Source: a virus
Taxonomy: Duplodnaviria > Caudoviricetes
Strand: one strand, 5' to 3'
Length of the DNA stretch: 64,000 bases
IMG/VR virus record: IMGVR_UViG_3300033121_001564
Location: 34,476 to 98,475 of that record
Shown here: positions 1 to 9,876 of the stretch, one piece after another
Layout: each line of letters begins with the position of its first letter
Position numbering within the stretch: position 1 is the stretch's first letter
Notes under the pieces: generated by a model
Told to the model about the DNA's origin: nothing
The model's input: the letters and a program-made list of their open reading frames with translations, nothing else
Databases searched by the model: none
Program-made: the position numbers and the translations under genes

Positions 1-68
1 GAAGGTTCCTTCGGGTAGCATTGTCCATCCACCCCAGCGGGCGGGTGCAAGGCACCGGAGGGATCGTC

Positions 69-2084
69 GTGGCTCGACTGTTGCAGTCCAGGCGGATGCG
101 TCGGCGGCTCTGGATGGCCGCCGGGGGAAGGTGCCAGTCGTGTGGATGCGAACTGCTCGACGGTTGGCATGCGGACCATGTGGTTCCCTACCGCATCTTG
201 CAGAGGACGTCCGTGTTCGACATGCAGGCGCTGTGCCCGCAGTGCAATCTCAGGAAGGGGGCGTTCGTGGCGGACAATTACAGCGTACTGGATCAGTATT
301 TCAGGTTTTCCAGGGAGTTTCGTAAACAGGACGGGCAACTTCGCGCCTGGATGCACGCCCACAATGTCAACCCTATTCGGGGCAACACCGTCACCTGGCT
401 GTTCGAGTTGGTCACGGGCTACGGCAAGACGCTGACAGCCTACGGATGCTTCTGGATCCTCAGACAGCGTGGACTCGTCGAGAATATGCTCATTCTCGTG
501 CCGACGGACGACCAGCGGAGGCAGTTCGCGGCCGACGCCGAGATCGCCAATCAGCTGCTGGGAGCCAGGATACAAACCTGGATCATCACCGGAGACGAGA
601 AGGACATCCGGGCGCGAAAATCAGGTAGGTACAACGCCTTCGTCGGGACGTACCAGCACCTGTCCCAGGACACGTCGTGGTATCGGAGTCTGATGGACGA
701 CGGCAACCGCTGGCTCATCGTGCTGGACGAGGTGCATCACCTGGCGGAGGCTGGACGCTGGGCCGAGTGCGAGGGCTCGCTGCCGAACCGAAACTTCCGG
801 ATTGGCCTGACCGCGACGCCCCTCCGATCCGACCGCGCCCGCCTCTTCGGCATGCCAGAGAAGGCGACCGAGAGTGTGACGTACCAGGAGGCTTTCCGTG
901 AGGAAGTCGTCAAGAAGGTGGTCGCATACATCGACCACTACAACCTGAAGGTGGACGTGAACGGCGAGACCGTCGAGTTGACGACCGAGACCCTGAAGAA
1001 GGAGGGTGTCGTCGATTTCGAGAAGTACGAGGCCAAGAGGCAGTTGAGGTACAACCGCGACTACCTCAATCAGATGCTGCTCGAGCCCATCAACGACCTT
1101 GCCCAGAGACTTACACGGCACCCGGGCCAGCATCAGATGGTGGTCTTCTGCATGTCGTGCAAGCACGCGGACTACGTCTGCGGCCAGGTGAACTCCATCT
1201 GCCAACAACTCGAACTGCCGTACCGTGCCGAGTGGGTGGGCGTGGGTGAGGGCATGGACGGAACCATCAAGTCGGCGAAGGAGAACGCACAGATCCTCGA
1301 CGACTTCCGCGACAACAAGTTTCACGTTCTCGTCCAGGTGGGGAAGGCGGAGGAGGGCTTCAACGTCAAGCGAATCAGCGTGCTGGTCTTCCTGCACCTC
1401 ATCGGTGCCATCGGCAAGATCATCCAGCAGATCGGGCGCGGACTCAGGAGGAACAACGCCTTGCCGTTCAGCCAGGACACCGTCAGCGTGTACGCGAGCG
1501 CCGACACGCCGATCGCCAGCACCGTCCTGAAGATGCAGGCCGAGTCCAAAGGCCCGGAAGAGGTGGATCCGGAGAAGAAGGAGTGCGACCGGGAGTGCGA
1601 CATCCGCATGCAGGGCATCCCCAACCTCATCCTCGTCGAGTCCACCTACGACAGGACAGACGTCGTCTCTCCCAACGGCATACCCTGCCTGAGCCCGGAG
1701 GGTGAGAGTTTCTGCCAGAAATTCAACATCCCGCCGGGAGAGTACCTGAAACACATCGGGTCTGCCGCGACCACGACGCCAGCCCGCCCGGAGTTGCTCA
1801 CGGGAAAGATCGACAGGGACGCCAACTTCGAGCAGCAGGTCAAGAAAGCTGCGGGGACCTTCGCCAGCAACATCGTCAAGCTCATGGGGCGGAACGGCGT
1901 GCCGACCGACGGCAACTCCATCGGCATGGCCATTCGCGCCATCCACGCCGAGTGGAAGCGCACCAGCGGCCTGAACCACGGCGCCATGCTGCCGGAAGAC
2001 TTCCGCCGCAAGCACGCCTGGCTCAAGGCCGAGAACGACAAGATGGCCAGCAAGAGGGAGGTTCCGGCATGGGTGAAGTGGTGA
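69..2084 (+). CDS. HNH endonuclease fused to SF2 (ResIII/DEAD-like) helicase
   Basis: N-terminal CQSC...HADHVVP...LCPQCNLRKG (HNH); VTGYGKT, DEVHH, LTATP, QQIGRGLR helicase motifs; GTG start at 69 after GGAGG. Confidence 0.85.
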   Translation: MARLLQSRRMRRRLWMAAGGRCQSCGCELLDGWHADHVVPYRILQRTSVFDMQALCPQCNLRKGAFVADNYSVLDQYFRFSREFRKQDGQLRAWMHAHNVNPIRGNTVTWLFELVTGYGKTLTAYGCFWILRQRGLVENMLILVPTDDQRRQFAADAEIANQLLGARIQTWIITGDEKDIRARKSGRYNAFVGTYQHLSQDTSWYRSLMDDGNRWLIVLDEVHHLAEAGRWAECEGSLPNRNFRIGLTATPLRSDRARLFGMPEKATESVTYQEAFREEVVKKVVAYIDHYNLKVDVNGETVELTTETLKKEGVVDFEKYEAKRQLRYNRDYLNQMLLEPINDLAQRLTRHPGQHQMVVFCMSCKHADYVCGQVNSICQQLELPYRAEWVGVGEGMDGTIKSAKENAQILDDFRDNKFHVLVQVGKAEEGFNVKRISVLVFLHLIGAIGKIIQQIGRGLRRNNALPFSQDTVSVYASADTPIASTVLKMQAESKGPEEVDPEKKECDRECDIRMQGIPNLILVESTYDRTDVVSPNGIPCLSPEGESFCQKFNIPPGEYLKHIGSAATTTPARPELLTGKIDRDANFEQQVKKAAGTFASNIVKLMGRNGVPTDGNSIGMAIRAIHAEWKRTSGLNHGAMLPEDFRRKHAWLKAENDKMASKREVPAWVKW

Positions 2085-2761
2085 TCCCGATCGCGTGCGA
2101 CCCGACGACGGACGAGGCGCTGGATACCCTTATCCGACTGGCCCAGAACAGTGCCGTTAGTGAGGAATCGTCGGCACGCTACCTGATCAACAAACTCGAC
2201 CAACTGATCGAGGCAAACACATGGCCGAAGAGGCTGGAGGGGCAGCCCAAGACCTGGGCCAGGTTTTGCAAGGAGGTAATCGGCTACGACCTCGACTACA
2301 TCACAACCATTGAGAGTGGGATCAAACTTCTCGACTCGAAGGGTGTCGAGAACCCCACGATCCAGGAAGCCCACGCGGCGGGCTCGAGGCAGGAGCAGGC
2401 GGTCAAGGTGGCGAGGGAGAATCAGGAGCCGCTGAGAGAGAAGGCGGGAAGGCCATCCAAACCAGAAATGGTGCTGAATTCAAAAAACAGCACCATTTCC
2501 AAACCGAGTGGTAAACCCAAGAAAGGTAGCACTTCCGCCAAAACCCGCGTGAAGCAGCTTCGCCGCGACCACCCCGAGATCGCCGAACGCCTGGAGAAGG
2601 GCGAGTTCAAGTCCGTGGCTGCGGCGTGCAGGGCGGCAAAGGGCAAGGAGCCGGACCCGCCACGCAAGACACCCTCCCCCCTCGACCTCCTCCGCAAGGC
2701 GTGGTCCAGGGCCACACCCGAGGAACGCCGTGCCTTCCTCGCCGAAGTCGCCCCCCAGTGA
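2069..2761 (+). CDS. Hypothetical basic protein, possibly DNA-binding
   Basis: ATG after GGGAGG, overlapping the helicase end; Lys/Arg-rich C-terminal half. Confidence 0.7.
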   Translation: MGEVVIPIACDPTTDEALDTLIRLAQNSAVSEESSARYLINKLDQLIEANTWPKRLEGQPKTWARFCKEVIGYDLDYITTIESGIKLLDSKGVENPTIQEAHAAGSRQEQAVKVARENQEPLREKAGRPSKPEMVLNSKNSTISKPSGKPKKGSTSAKTRVKQLRRDHPEIAERLEKGEFKSVAAACRAAKGKEPDPPRKTPSPLDLLRKAWSRATPEERRAFLAEVAPQ

Positions 2762-2787
2762 CCCCTCACCGGAAAGGACTCCACCCC

Positions 2788-3219
2788 ATGACCCAACCCA
2801 CCGCACTCCCTGACACCGACCCGCTCTACCGCCTGTTCGAGGCCGTATACCGCCTCGACGACGGTTTCCGTGTCGGGCACTCGTATTGTCCCCGCGCGGA
2901 GGGCGAGGTTGAGGACCACTGGCTCTGGCTCATCGGTCGGGCCGTGGACTTCATCAGCGACCTCTTGGCTGCCAAGAGCCGTTGCGACATCGCCACGGCA
3001 ATGAGGCTGCGTCCGTTCTATGATCACGCTGTGAACCTGGCGGTCGCGGGATTCCAGCTGATGAACGTCCCCGACCTGATGTATCACTTCATCGACACCA
3101 ACTACCCCGACACCGAATTTCACACCCCGCCCGAACTCATCGACCCGGGAAAGGACTCCCCACCATGCACGCCACCGACACCGCCCTCCGGTCCATCGAC
3201 AGCGGCATCCAGCGACTGA
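2788..3219 (+). CDS. Hypothetical protein
   Basis: AAGGA RBS; protein-like composition from MTQPTALPD. Confidence 0.6.
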   Translation: MTQPTALPDTDPLYRLFEAVYRLDDGFRVGHSYCPRAEGEVEDHWLWLIGRAVDFISDLLAAKSRCDIATAMRLRPFYDHAVNLAVAGFQLMNVPDLMYHFIDTNYPDTEFHTPPELIDPGKDSPPCTPPTPPSGPSTAASSD

Positions 3220-3374
3220 TCCTCCTGCTCGACGACGACCCGTCGCTCCTCAGCCCAACCGTACTCAACCGCCTCTGGCGTCTGCGTGCCGACCTGGACA
3301 CCCTGGTCGAGCAGGCAGAGCGGTCGCCGGGGGCGATGGCGGGGACCGGCGGACCGCCGAGACTGCCGCGGTGA
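3165..3374 (+). CDS. Hypothetical protein
   Basis: AAGGA RBS; helical Leu-rich 69 aa. Confidence 0.55.
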   Translation: MHATDTALRSIDSGIQRLILLLDDDPSLLSPTVLNRLWRLRADLDTLVEQAERSPGAMAGTGGPPRLPR

Positions 3375-3453
3375 TTTGTTGACGTCGTTTTGCTCTCTGC
3401 ATTCCGTTTCGTGCAGAATGCGTATCCGTTATCCATCCGAACGCGAGGGGCTC

Positions 3454-3660
3454 ATGTCCACCACTGACGGTATGCCGCTGGCCGTTCTCGAGGAAGCCGC
3501 ACTCCGGCACCGGGTGAGCGTCCGCTACCTCTACCTGCTCCGCGAGCGGGGGGCACTGACGTTCCACAAACGGCCTGGCGACCGCCGCAGCTACGTCAAC
3601 CTGGACGAACTGGACAGGCACTTCGTCACCACCACGCCGATCGCCCGCCCACACCCCTGA
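3454..3660 (+). CDS. Small HTH/excisionase-like DNA-binding protein
   Basis: LEEAALRHRVSVRYLYLLRERGAL...RRSYVNLDELD fits an Xis/MerR-like winged helix; lies just upstream of the replication genes. Confidence 0.65.
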   Translation: MSTTDGMPLAVLEEAALRHRVSVRYLYLLRERGALTFHKRPGDRRSYVNLDELDRHFVTTTPIARPHP

Positions 3661-3886
3661 CGGAATCGGGGCACGGATGCACGTCAACGAAAAGAGCCGG
3701 CCGGGGTGGCACACCCGGCCGGCGAAGGTCGCTGCTTCCGGCGACGATCAAGAGTTACCACTATGGTATCACGCGCACGCCGCACGCCACGGCCACGGAG
3801 GGCAGGACTTCTCGACAGGCAACCGGCACGAGACCGCACCAACGCTACCGCTAGCAGACTCGACGGAGACGATGGGAGGGTGTGGC

Positions 3887-4939
3887 ATGGCCGGTGAGTG
3901 GATCCCATTCCTGAAGACGCTCCCGAAATCCCAGGAGGTGCTCTACATCTCCGAGGCTACCGGGATGAGCCGGCGGGAGGTCGTTTGTCTGCTCATGGAG
4001 TTCTGGTCATGGTGCGACGACCAGATCGTCAGCCCCGAGGAGAAGGATGCTGATGGCTTCCTTCCCGGACTGACTGTCCGCAGTTTGTCCGCATTCGATG
4101 CGGACATGAACGAGACATTTGTCCGCAGTCTGTCCGCTGTAAAATGGATACTTGTCCGGGACGACGGCATCGTCATTCCGCACTTCTCCCGGTGGATGGG
4201 TCAGTCCGCACGCCGCAGACTCCAGGAGAGTTTGCGCAAACGGAAGAGTCGAGCCAGGAGTGGGACAAAATGCGGACAAGTGTCCGCATCCGACCAGGGA
4301 CAAGTGTCCGCATCCGATGCGGACAAAAAGCGCCCTACAAAACAAAACAAAACAGTAATAGAAACACCCCCCTCCCCCTCTTCCGAGGGGGAAAAGAGTG
4401 TGAAAGAAATCACGACACCGGAATCGCAAATCCAGCGTCCGGTCGTCATCAGCGATTACCCGCACCTCGCCCCGATCGCGAAGAAGCTTTCCGACCAGTA
4501 CCTCCGCGAGGTCAGCGCCCACCACGGACCTGGCAAGGGCGCCCAGGCTATCCTGACCCTCCTGGTCCAGGGACACTCCGAGGCGGACCTGCGTCAGGCA
4601 CTGACCAACTTCGCGACGTGGTTCAAGCGCACGGGCAAGGAACGGCAGTACGCCCCGTCCGTCCCGAACTTCTTCGCCCCGGGCTACTGGTCCGAGTTCC
4701 TCGCGGGAGTTCCCCCGACCGGGGCCGAGCAGCAGAATCAGTACCTCCCGGACAACCCGCCCGCAGCCCGGGACCCCAACAAGAAACTTGCCACCAAGCC
4801 GTGGCGAGAACGTGCCGCCGAATTGCGTGGGAAGCCCCAGGACGCCACGGAAGGCGTCCAGACGGCTACCGGGTCGCCTCGAGACCTCGGAAGCCTTCCT
4901 GGGGCAAAATTCGAGGGTAGGAATGGAGTCCACGAATGA
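3887..4939 (+). CDS. Phage replication initiator protein (lambda O-analogous)
   Basis: MAGEWI...LMEFWSWCD N-terminus typical of phage initiators; internal iterons; ATGA-coupled to dnaB. Confidence 0.75.
   Translation: MAGEWIPFLKTLPKSQEVLYISEATGMSRREVVCLLMEFWSWCDDQIVSPEEKDADGFLPGLTVRSLSAFDADMNETFVRSLSAVKWILVRDDGIVIPHFSRWMGQSARRRLQESLRKRKSRARSGTKCGQVSASDQGQVSASDADKKRPTKQNKTVIETPPSPSSEGEKSVKEITTPESQIQRPVVISDYPHLAPIAKKLSDQYLREVSAHHGPGKGAQAILTLLVQGHSEADLRQALTNFATWFKRTGKERQYAPSVPNFFAPGYWSEFLAGVPPTGAEQQNQYLPDNPPAARDPNKKLATKPWRERAAELRGKPQDATEGVQTATGSPRDLGSLPGAKFEGRNGVHE
4075..4366. repeat. Putative replication origin: TGTCCGCA/TGCGGACA iterons plus A-rich tract
   Basis: About ten copies in both orientations; 20-bp direct repeat GGACAAGTGTCCGCATCCGA at 4274 and 4298; then ACAAAACAAAACAAAACAGTAATAGAAA. 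Confidence 0.75.
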
Positions 4940-6297
4940 GCGAAACCCCCCGCGACCCGGCCGAGAGCTGGCGGGTCGGCTGTGAACGAATCGACCGTAC
5001 CGATCGTGCCGAGCGTGCGCTCCTGGGAGCCATCCTCCGCGAGCCGGCCGTGATGGACGACGTGGCGCCGGTCATCGCCGTCGATCGGTTCCGGGTGGAT
5101 GCGCACCGGCTGGTTTATGAATCCATCCTGGAACTCTACGAGTCGGGCAGCCAGATCGACCTCGTCACCGTGGGCGATCGGTTGCGCGTGACCGGACGCA
5201 TGGGCGATGTGACCTGGGGTTACCTGGGAGAACTGCACGCCAGCGAATTCTCGGGCGCGGCCGCGGCTCAGTACGCCCAGATCGTCCGCGATGGCGCCAT
5301 GCTCCGCGACCTCACCCGTCTGGGACAGCAGATCGTCCACCTCGGAGAGCATCCGCACGGACCCGCGGACGAGATGGTCAACGCTGCCGAGCGCGGGATC
5401 TTCGCCCTGGCCGAGCGTGGCATCGCCGGGACCATCATGCCGTTCTCCCAGGTCGTCGGTCAGGCGCTCGACCACATCGACCGGCGCATCGCTGTCGCCG
5501 TCAGCACCGGCGAGCCCGTTACCGGCGAGCCTTCCGGGGTCGGTCAGCTCGACAACCTGACCGCCGGTTTCCACCCCGGCGAACTGGTCATCGTTGCCGC
5601 CCGGCCCTCGGTCGGCAAGACATCCGTCGCTGTCGCCATCGCCCGGACCATCGCCACGGCCAGGCCAGTTCTGTTCGCCTCGCTCGAGCAGTCGCGCCAC
5701 GAGTTGGCCCAGCGCATGCTCTGCGCCGAGTCCGGGGTGCTCGGGGACAACGTCCGGCGCGGCGAACTCTCCGATCGGGACCAGGGCGCCCTGATCGAGG
5801 CTGGCGCTCGCCTCTCGCCCCTGCACCTGCACATCGACGATGCGGGAGAGCAGAGCGTCCTTCGCCTCGCAGCAAACGCTCGCAGACTCAAACGCAGGCA
5901 GGGTCTGGGCGCGGTGATCGTGGACTACCTGCAGCTCGTTTCACCCGACGACCGCAGGGCGCCCCGCCACGAACAGGTCGGCGCCACCTCTCGCCGCCTC
6001 AAGGCTCTCGCGAGGGAACTCGAGGTGCCCCTGATCGCCCTGGCTCAGCTCAACCGTGAGGTCGAGGGTCGCGCCGGACAGAAGCCCCGCCTGTCCGATC
6101 TGCGCGAGTCCGGGTCGATCGAGGCGGATGCCGACACGGTTATCCTCCTGCACCCGCTGACCGAGTCTCCCGGTTGCCTCTGCCTCATCGTCGCCAAACA
6201 ACGAAACGGTCCCACTGGCGAGGTCGTCGTGCGCTTCGACCGGGCGCGAATGCGCTTCTCGGGACAGCAGCAGGAGTCTGTATCGAGCCCGTTTTGA
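4936..6297 (+). CDS. dnaB: Replicative DNA helicase
   Basis: AERALLGAIL, AARPSVGKT, IVDYLQL, AQLNR, LRESGSIE, KQRNGP motifs. Confidence 0.97.
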   Translation: MSETPRDPAESWRVGCERIDRTDRAERALLGAILREPAVMDDVAPVIAVDRFRVDAHRLVYESILELYESGSQIDLVTVGDRLRVTGRMGDVTWGYLGELHASEFSGAAAAQYAQIVRDGAMLRDLTRLGQQIVHLGEHPHGPADEMVNAAERGIFALAERGIAGTIMPFSQVVGQALDHIDRRIAVAVSTGEPVTGEPSGVGQLDNLTAGFHPGELVIVAARPSVGKTSVAVAIARTIATARPVLFASLEQSRHELAQRMLCAESGVLGDNVRRGELSDRDQGALIEAGARLSPLHLHIDDAGEQSVLRLAANARRLKRRQGLGAVIVDYLQLVSPDDRRAPRHEQVGATSRRLKALARELEVPLIALAQLNREVEGRAGQKPRLSDLRESGSIEADADTVILLHPLTESPGCLCLIVAKQRNGPTGEVVVRFDRARMRFSGQQQESVSSPF

Positions 6298-6492
6298 AGT
6301 GTCAGACCTAATAATACTTATGAATACCTCAATTGTCCACTATTAAGACCGTAAAACTGGGAGCCCTGGGAGTGTTGGGAGGCTCACACTGTGCCCCACA
6401 CAGCGTGAGCACCCGGAACGGTGTGGCATCCACTGTGTGTATGAGACGAAGATGTTACTGGGCTGACACTCGACACTCACACAGGGACTCAC

Positions 6493-6828
6493 ATGGGGCA
6501 CGAACTCAGGTACTACAATTCCTCGGGGGAGGAGATCACGGAAAGGGCCTGGCGGGAACTCATCCGGGTCCCTGGTTACGGCAGACCGAAGGTCCACCTG
6601 TCGCAGGACAGGTCCTGGATGGTTCGGCTGAGCTGGATCGGGGTTGCGAGCACGCGGGAGTGGGAGCCGCGGGTCTGGCTGGTCGAGACCGTGCGGTTCG
6701 GCAAGGCGGGGTCCAAGTCGAACACCGCTCGCTCGACGACGGAGGACGTGGCGGCGCCAGTGTGGTGCCGCACATACGCGGAGGCTGTCGGGGCATTCAA
6801 CCTGGCAGTGTTGGCGATGGAGGAGTGA
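6493..6828 (+). CDS. Hypothetical protein
   Basis: ATG after AGGGA; 111 aa. Confidence 0.6.
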   Translation: MGHELRYYNSSGEEITERAWRELIRVPGYGRPKVHLSQDRSWMVRLSWIGVASTREWEPRVWLVETVRFGKAGSKSNTARSTTEDVAAPVWCRTYAEAVGAFNLAVLAMEE

Positions 6829-6836
6829 GACGTTTT

Positions 6837-7040
6837 ATGAGTACACAGAAGCCACTGGTCCACGGCAGGCCGCACGATCGGCTGACCCAGTTTCGGGTGC
6901 AGGTCGCGCCGATCGAATACCACCAGCACCTCGGACAGTGCGTGCTGGCACACACCAAGAGCGAGGCGCGGTCGGTGATGGCTCGACACTTGAAGTTGCC
7001 CCGGTTGCCGCAGGGGCTGGTACTGGTGAAAGCGAGGTAG
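6837..7040 (+). CDS. Hypothetical protein
   Basis: ATG after GGAG; fills the gap in the operon. Confidence 0.55.
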   Translation: MSTQKPLVHGRPHDRLTQFRVQVAPIEYHQHLGQCVLAHTKSEARSVMARHLKLPRLPQGLVLVKAR

Positions 7041-7044
7041 AACG

Positions 7045-7563
7045 ATGCCCAGGACGATGATTCAGGCACCGGACGATGTGCTCGAACTCCTCCGCCAGAC
7101 GGTGGAGTTGTACCGGAACGAACTGCTCGAGGCGGGTGTCACCTGGAACGTCGTCATGGTCCATGCGGCGACCGACCAGAACGGCGAGCCGCGCGGGCCG
7201 GCTTTGAAGCACCACGGGCACGACGCCCTGGCGGTGGTCAAGATCAACAGTCTCGAGGACCGGGTCAAGGGACTCGCTGATGTGACGCTGAGGCTCGACG
7301 GCGACCGATGGCCCGAGCACTCCCGGGAGACTCAGGTCGCGATCCTGCACCATGAGGCTGAGCATCTCATCCTCGTGCGGGGTGACGATGGCGCGGTGCG
7401 CACCGACGACGCCAACCGGCCGAAGTTGCGGATCAGGCAACACGATCTGGAGATCGGCGGATTCGAGTGTGTGGTCGAGTGTCACAAGATGGCGGCAATC
7501 GAGGCGCAGCAGTACCGCGATCTGAACCGACGATTGAGTCAGAAGACCTTGCCCTGGGGGTGA
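7045..7563 (+). CDS. Putative phage metallopeptidase-like protein
   Basis: ILHHEAEH (HExxH) and IRQHDLE motifs. Confidence 0.7.
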   Translation: MPRTMIQAPDDVLELLRQTVELYRNELLEAGVTWNVVMVHAATDQNGEPRGPALKHHGHDALAVVKINSLEDRVKGLADVTLRLDGDRWPEHSRETQVAILHHEAEHLILVRGDDGAVRTDDANRPKLRIRQHDLEIGGFECVVECHKMAAIEAQQYRDLNRRLSQKTLPWG

Positions 7564-7566
7564 TCC

Positions 7567-7764
7567 ATGACACTGAAGGACCTGGCTGACATGGTCTGGC
7601 GGATGCGCCAGGCGCAGAAGCGATACTTCGCCACGCGCGAGCGCCTGGACCTCGAGGAGTCGAAGCGCCTCGAGCAGGAGCTGGACCTGACCGTCACGCG
7701 CATCCGCAACGGTGCGGATGGTGAGGGGGACGCGCAGGGCAGGCAGGGGAGTTTGTTTCAGTAA
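7567..7764 (+). CDS. Hypothetical protein
   Basis: MRQAQKRYF...SKRLEQELD, a small-phage-protein pattern. Confidence 0.65.
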   Translation: MTLKDLADMVWRMRQAQKRYFATRERLDLEESKRLEQELDLTVTRIRNGADGEGDAQGRQGSLFQ

Positions 7765-7782
7765 CAGGGAGGAGTGCGCGAG

Positions 7783-8007
7783 ATGCTGAACTCATGGATC
7801 CAGGGTGTGCTCATCATCATCCGCTGGTGCGAGCAGAACGGCGGCACGTTTCGCCTTGTTCGCCTCGCAACCGTCGAGGGTAATCCCTGGCGCGCGGAGG
7901 TGTATTCGGAAGTCGTGGTCGTCCAGAGTGAGAACATGCCCACCATCCGCAAGGCGCTCGTGAGTCTGGGGCAGAAGTTGGAAACCGCCACGACGAGGTG
8001 TAACTGA
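7783..8007 (+). CDS. Hypothetical protein
   Basis: GGAGG RBS; operon continuity. Confidence 0.55.
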   Translation: MLNSWIQGVLIIIRWCEQNGGTFRLVRLATVEGNPWRAEVYSEVVVVQSENMPTIRKALVSLGQKLETATTRCN

Positions 8008-8008
8008 C

Positions 8009-8353
8009 ATGGCCATCCCGGCGCCCCTCGAGAAGGACATCCTGAAAGCCTGCCTGGACCTGCTGGCTCTGCGGCGGATCCCGGCCTGGCGGAGCAACTC
8101 CGGCCGGCTCCGGGTGGAGCGAGGCGGCAAGACGCACCTGTACGCCTTCAGCGGGGCGAAGGGACTGTCCGACATCCTGGGGCTCCTGCCGCCTTCTGGG
8201 AGGTTTCTGGCGGTCGAGACGAAGCGCCCGGGCAACAAGCCCACTGCGGATCAGGAGCACTTTCTGGGGATGGTCCGGGATGCGGGCGGGCTGGCGCTCG
8301 TGGTGACGGGCGTGGCAGAGCTGGAGGAAGCGTTGCGCGAGGCAGGGTACTGA
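8009..8353 (+). CDS. VRR-NUC domain nuclease/resolvase
   Basis: EKDI...GLSDIL...LAVETKRPGNKPTADQ PD-(D/E)xK motif. Confidence 0.9.
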   Translation: MAIPAPLEKDILKACLDLLALRRIPAWRSNSGRLRVERGGKTHLYAFSGAKGLSDILGLLPPSGRFLAVETKRPGNKPTADQEHFLGMVRDAGGLALVVTGVAELEEALREAGY

Positions 8354-8427
8354 GGGGAGGGTGGTGTGGCACGAGATCACGGCAAGCCGAGCCCGCCTGG
8401 ACCGACTGGATCGACGAGTGGGATGAG

Positions 8428-8622
8428 GTGTGGATCGGCGGGAGAGCCATCGAACCGGAGCGGGAGTTTCCGCCGTTTCATGTCTGCGTTGCCACGGTGG
8501 ACCGTGAGAGTGGCCACCTGAAGGTGTGGCCAATGGATGAGGGCGCCGTGGGTGCGGGTAAGGTGTGGTTTCGCTTCGACGGCGTGGTGACGTGTTTGTC
8601 GCTGTACTACCCAGAGAATTGA
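8428..8622 (+). CDS. Hypothetical protein (start uncertain)
   Basis: Protein-like frame also extends upstream of the GTG. Confidence 0.4.
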   Translation: MWIGGRAIEPEREFPPFHVCVATVDRESGHLKVWPMDEGAVGAGKVWFRFDGVVTCLSLYYPEN

Positions 8623-8631
8623 GGAGCCTTC

Positions 8632-9105
8632 ATGAACGCGACTACAAAGCCGCTGGTATCCGAATGTGGGAAATATCGCGCCACACGCCTGGGGCATTTG
8701 GAGTACCGCATTACGGATGCCTCCGGAGTTGTTGTTTGCGACAGGACCACTTTCTGGTCCAACAGGTCCACGAAGAGGAGAATTCGCTTCGTGACGGGGA
8801 GTGGGCCATTCGAGGCGACGTTCAGTTATCCGCGATACCCGAAAGGCTTCTACCGCAGATGGATCGAGTGCTGGGAGGTGAATGATAGCAGCAAACTGCT
8901 GCGTGCAATCGAGCGGGTTGGCGTGCGTGTGACGACGTTCGGGAAGCTCGGGATGACCTGTCACTACCTCCTGGGGTTCGTCGGCACGCCGGCACAACGG
9001 CAGGAAGTTGATGGTTTACTGGCGAAAAAGGGTCTGAGGTTCTCGACCAGGCAGAAGCCGGGGATGTGGGACATCGAGTATTGCACGGAAGGTATGAGGC
9101 AATGA
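8632..9105 (+). CDS. Hypothetical protein
   Basis: GAGGAG RBS; ATGA-coupled to the next gene. Confidence 0.65.
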   Translation: MNATTKPLVSECGKYRATRLGHLEYRITDASGVVVCDRTTFWSNRSTKRRIRFVTGSGPFEATFSYPRYPKGFYRRWIECWEVNDSSKLLRAIERVGVRVTTFGKLGMTCHYLLGFVGTPAQRQEVDGLLAKKGLRFSTRQKPGMWDIEYCTEGMRQ

Positions 9106-9752
9106 ACGCGACCGAGTTATTCCTGCCTGACGGCAAATCGGCAAAGGTCTGGATGTGCGGCAAGTGCGGGCGGCTATTCACCCGCCAATACCAGCCGGTT
9201 GGTGATGGCAAGGGGAAGACCTACACCCCCGACGAACGCGACCAGTTTGCCGCGCGACAAGCCGAGAGGTGCTGCAACCACGTCTGCAAGGTCTGCAGCG
9301 ACAAGGCGTTCTCGGACTGGCAGGTCTACTGCCGGAAGTGTTTCGACGCGAAACAGGGAGAGGAGTCCCGCAAGCGCGAGCAGGAGAGGTTCGAGAAGGC
9401 GACGAAGGTCCCGTTCGACCAGTGGGACGGCGACGGTTGGCTGTGCTGTCCGGACTCGGATCGATGGTTCCGCGACTACGGCCAGTTCGAGGAGTGGCTG
9501 CACGAAGACAAGGAGAACGAGGCGCCGGAATACCTGTGGCTGTCGAAGAAGATCGCGGCGCGCCCGGATATCGCCAGTTACGTCGGCGAATGGATCGGCG
9601 AGCGCTGGTACGAGGATGCCTGCGACCACATCTCCGACGAGGACTGGAAGCGACTGGAGGCGACGCTCGAGGAGTGGTGGGCATGCGTGCCGGAGAGTTG
9701 GGAACCAGACGGGCGGGTGTTGTTGCTGCCGAAGGAGGTGAAGGGTGAATGA
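9102..9752 (+). CDS. Cys-rich (Zn-binding) hypothetical protein
   Basis: CGKC, CKVC and CRKC pairs; coupled start. Confidence 0.7.
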   Translation: MNATELFLPDGKSAKVWMCGKCGRLFTRQYQPVGDGKGKTYTPDERDQFAARQAERCCNHVCKVCSDKAFSDWQVYCRKCFDAKQGEESRKREQERFEKATKVPFDQWDGDGWLCCPDSDRWFRDYGQFEEWLHEDKENEAPEYLWLSKKIAARPDIASYVGEWIGERWYEDACDHISDEDWKRLEATLEEWWACVPESWEPDGRVLLLPKEVKGE

Positions 9753-9876
9753 CCTGCTGTGTCACCTGTGCGGCCTGCCGGCCGATGGAGCGTTCGAGGA
9801 ACGCGACGGTGAGTGGTGGGTCTACTGCCCGTCGTGCGACACCTGGACCTGCCACCCGATTCCGAAGGAGAAGTGA
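9745..9876 (+). CDS. 43-aa zinc-ribbon protein (below the ORF-track cutoff)
   Basis: GTG after GGAGG; MNDLLCHLC...YCPSCDTW; TGATG overlap with the next gene. Confidence 0.6.
   Translation: MNDLLCHLCGLPADGAFEERDGEWWVYCPSCDTWTCHPIPKEK

Noticed and set aside
8361-8430. Programmed frameshift joining MWHEIT to the 8428 frame
   Set aside because: No slippery sequence; a simple indel or sequencing error is equally likely.
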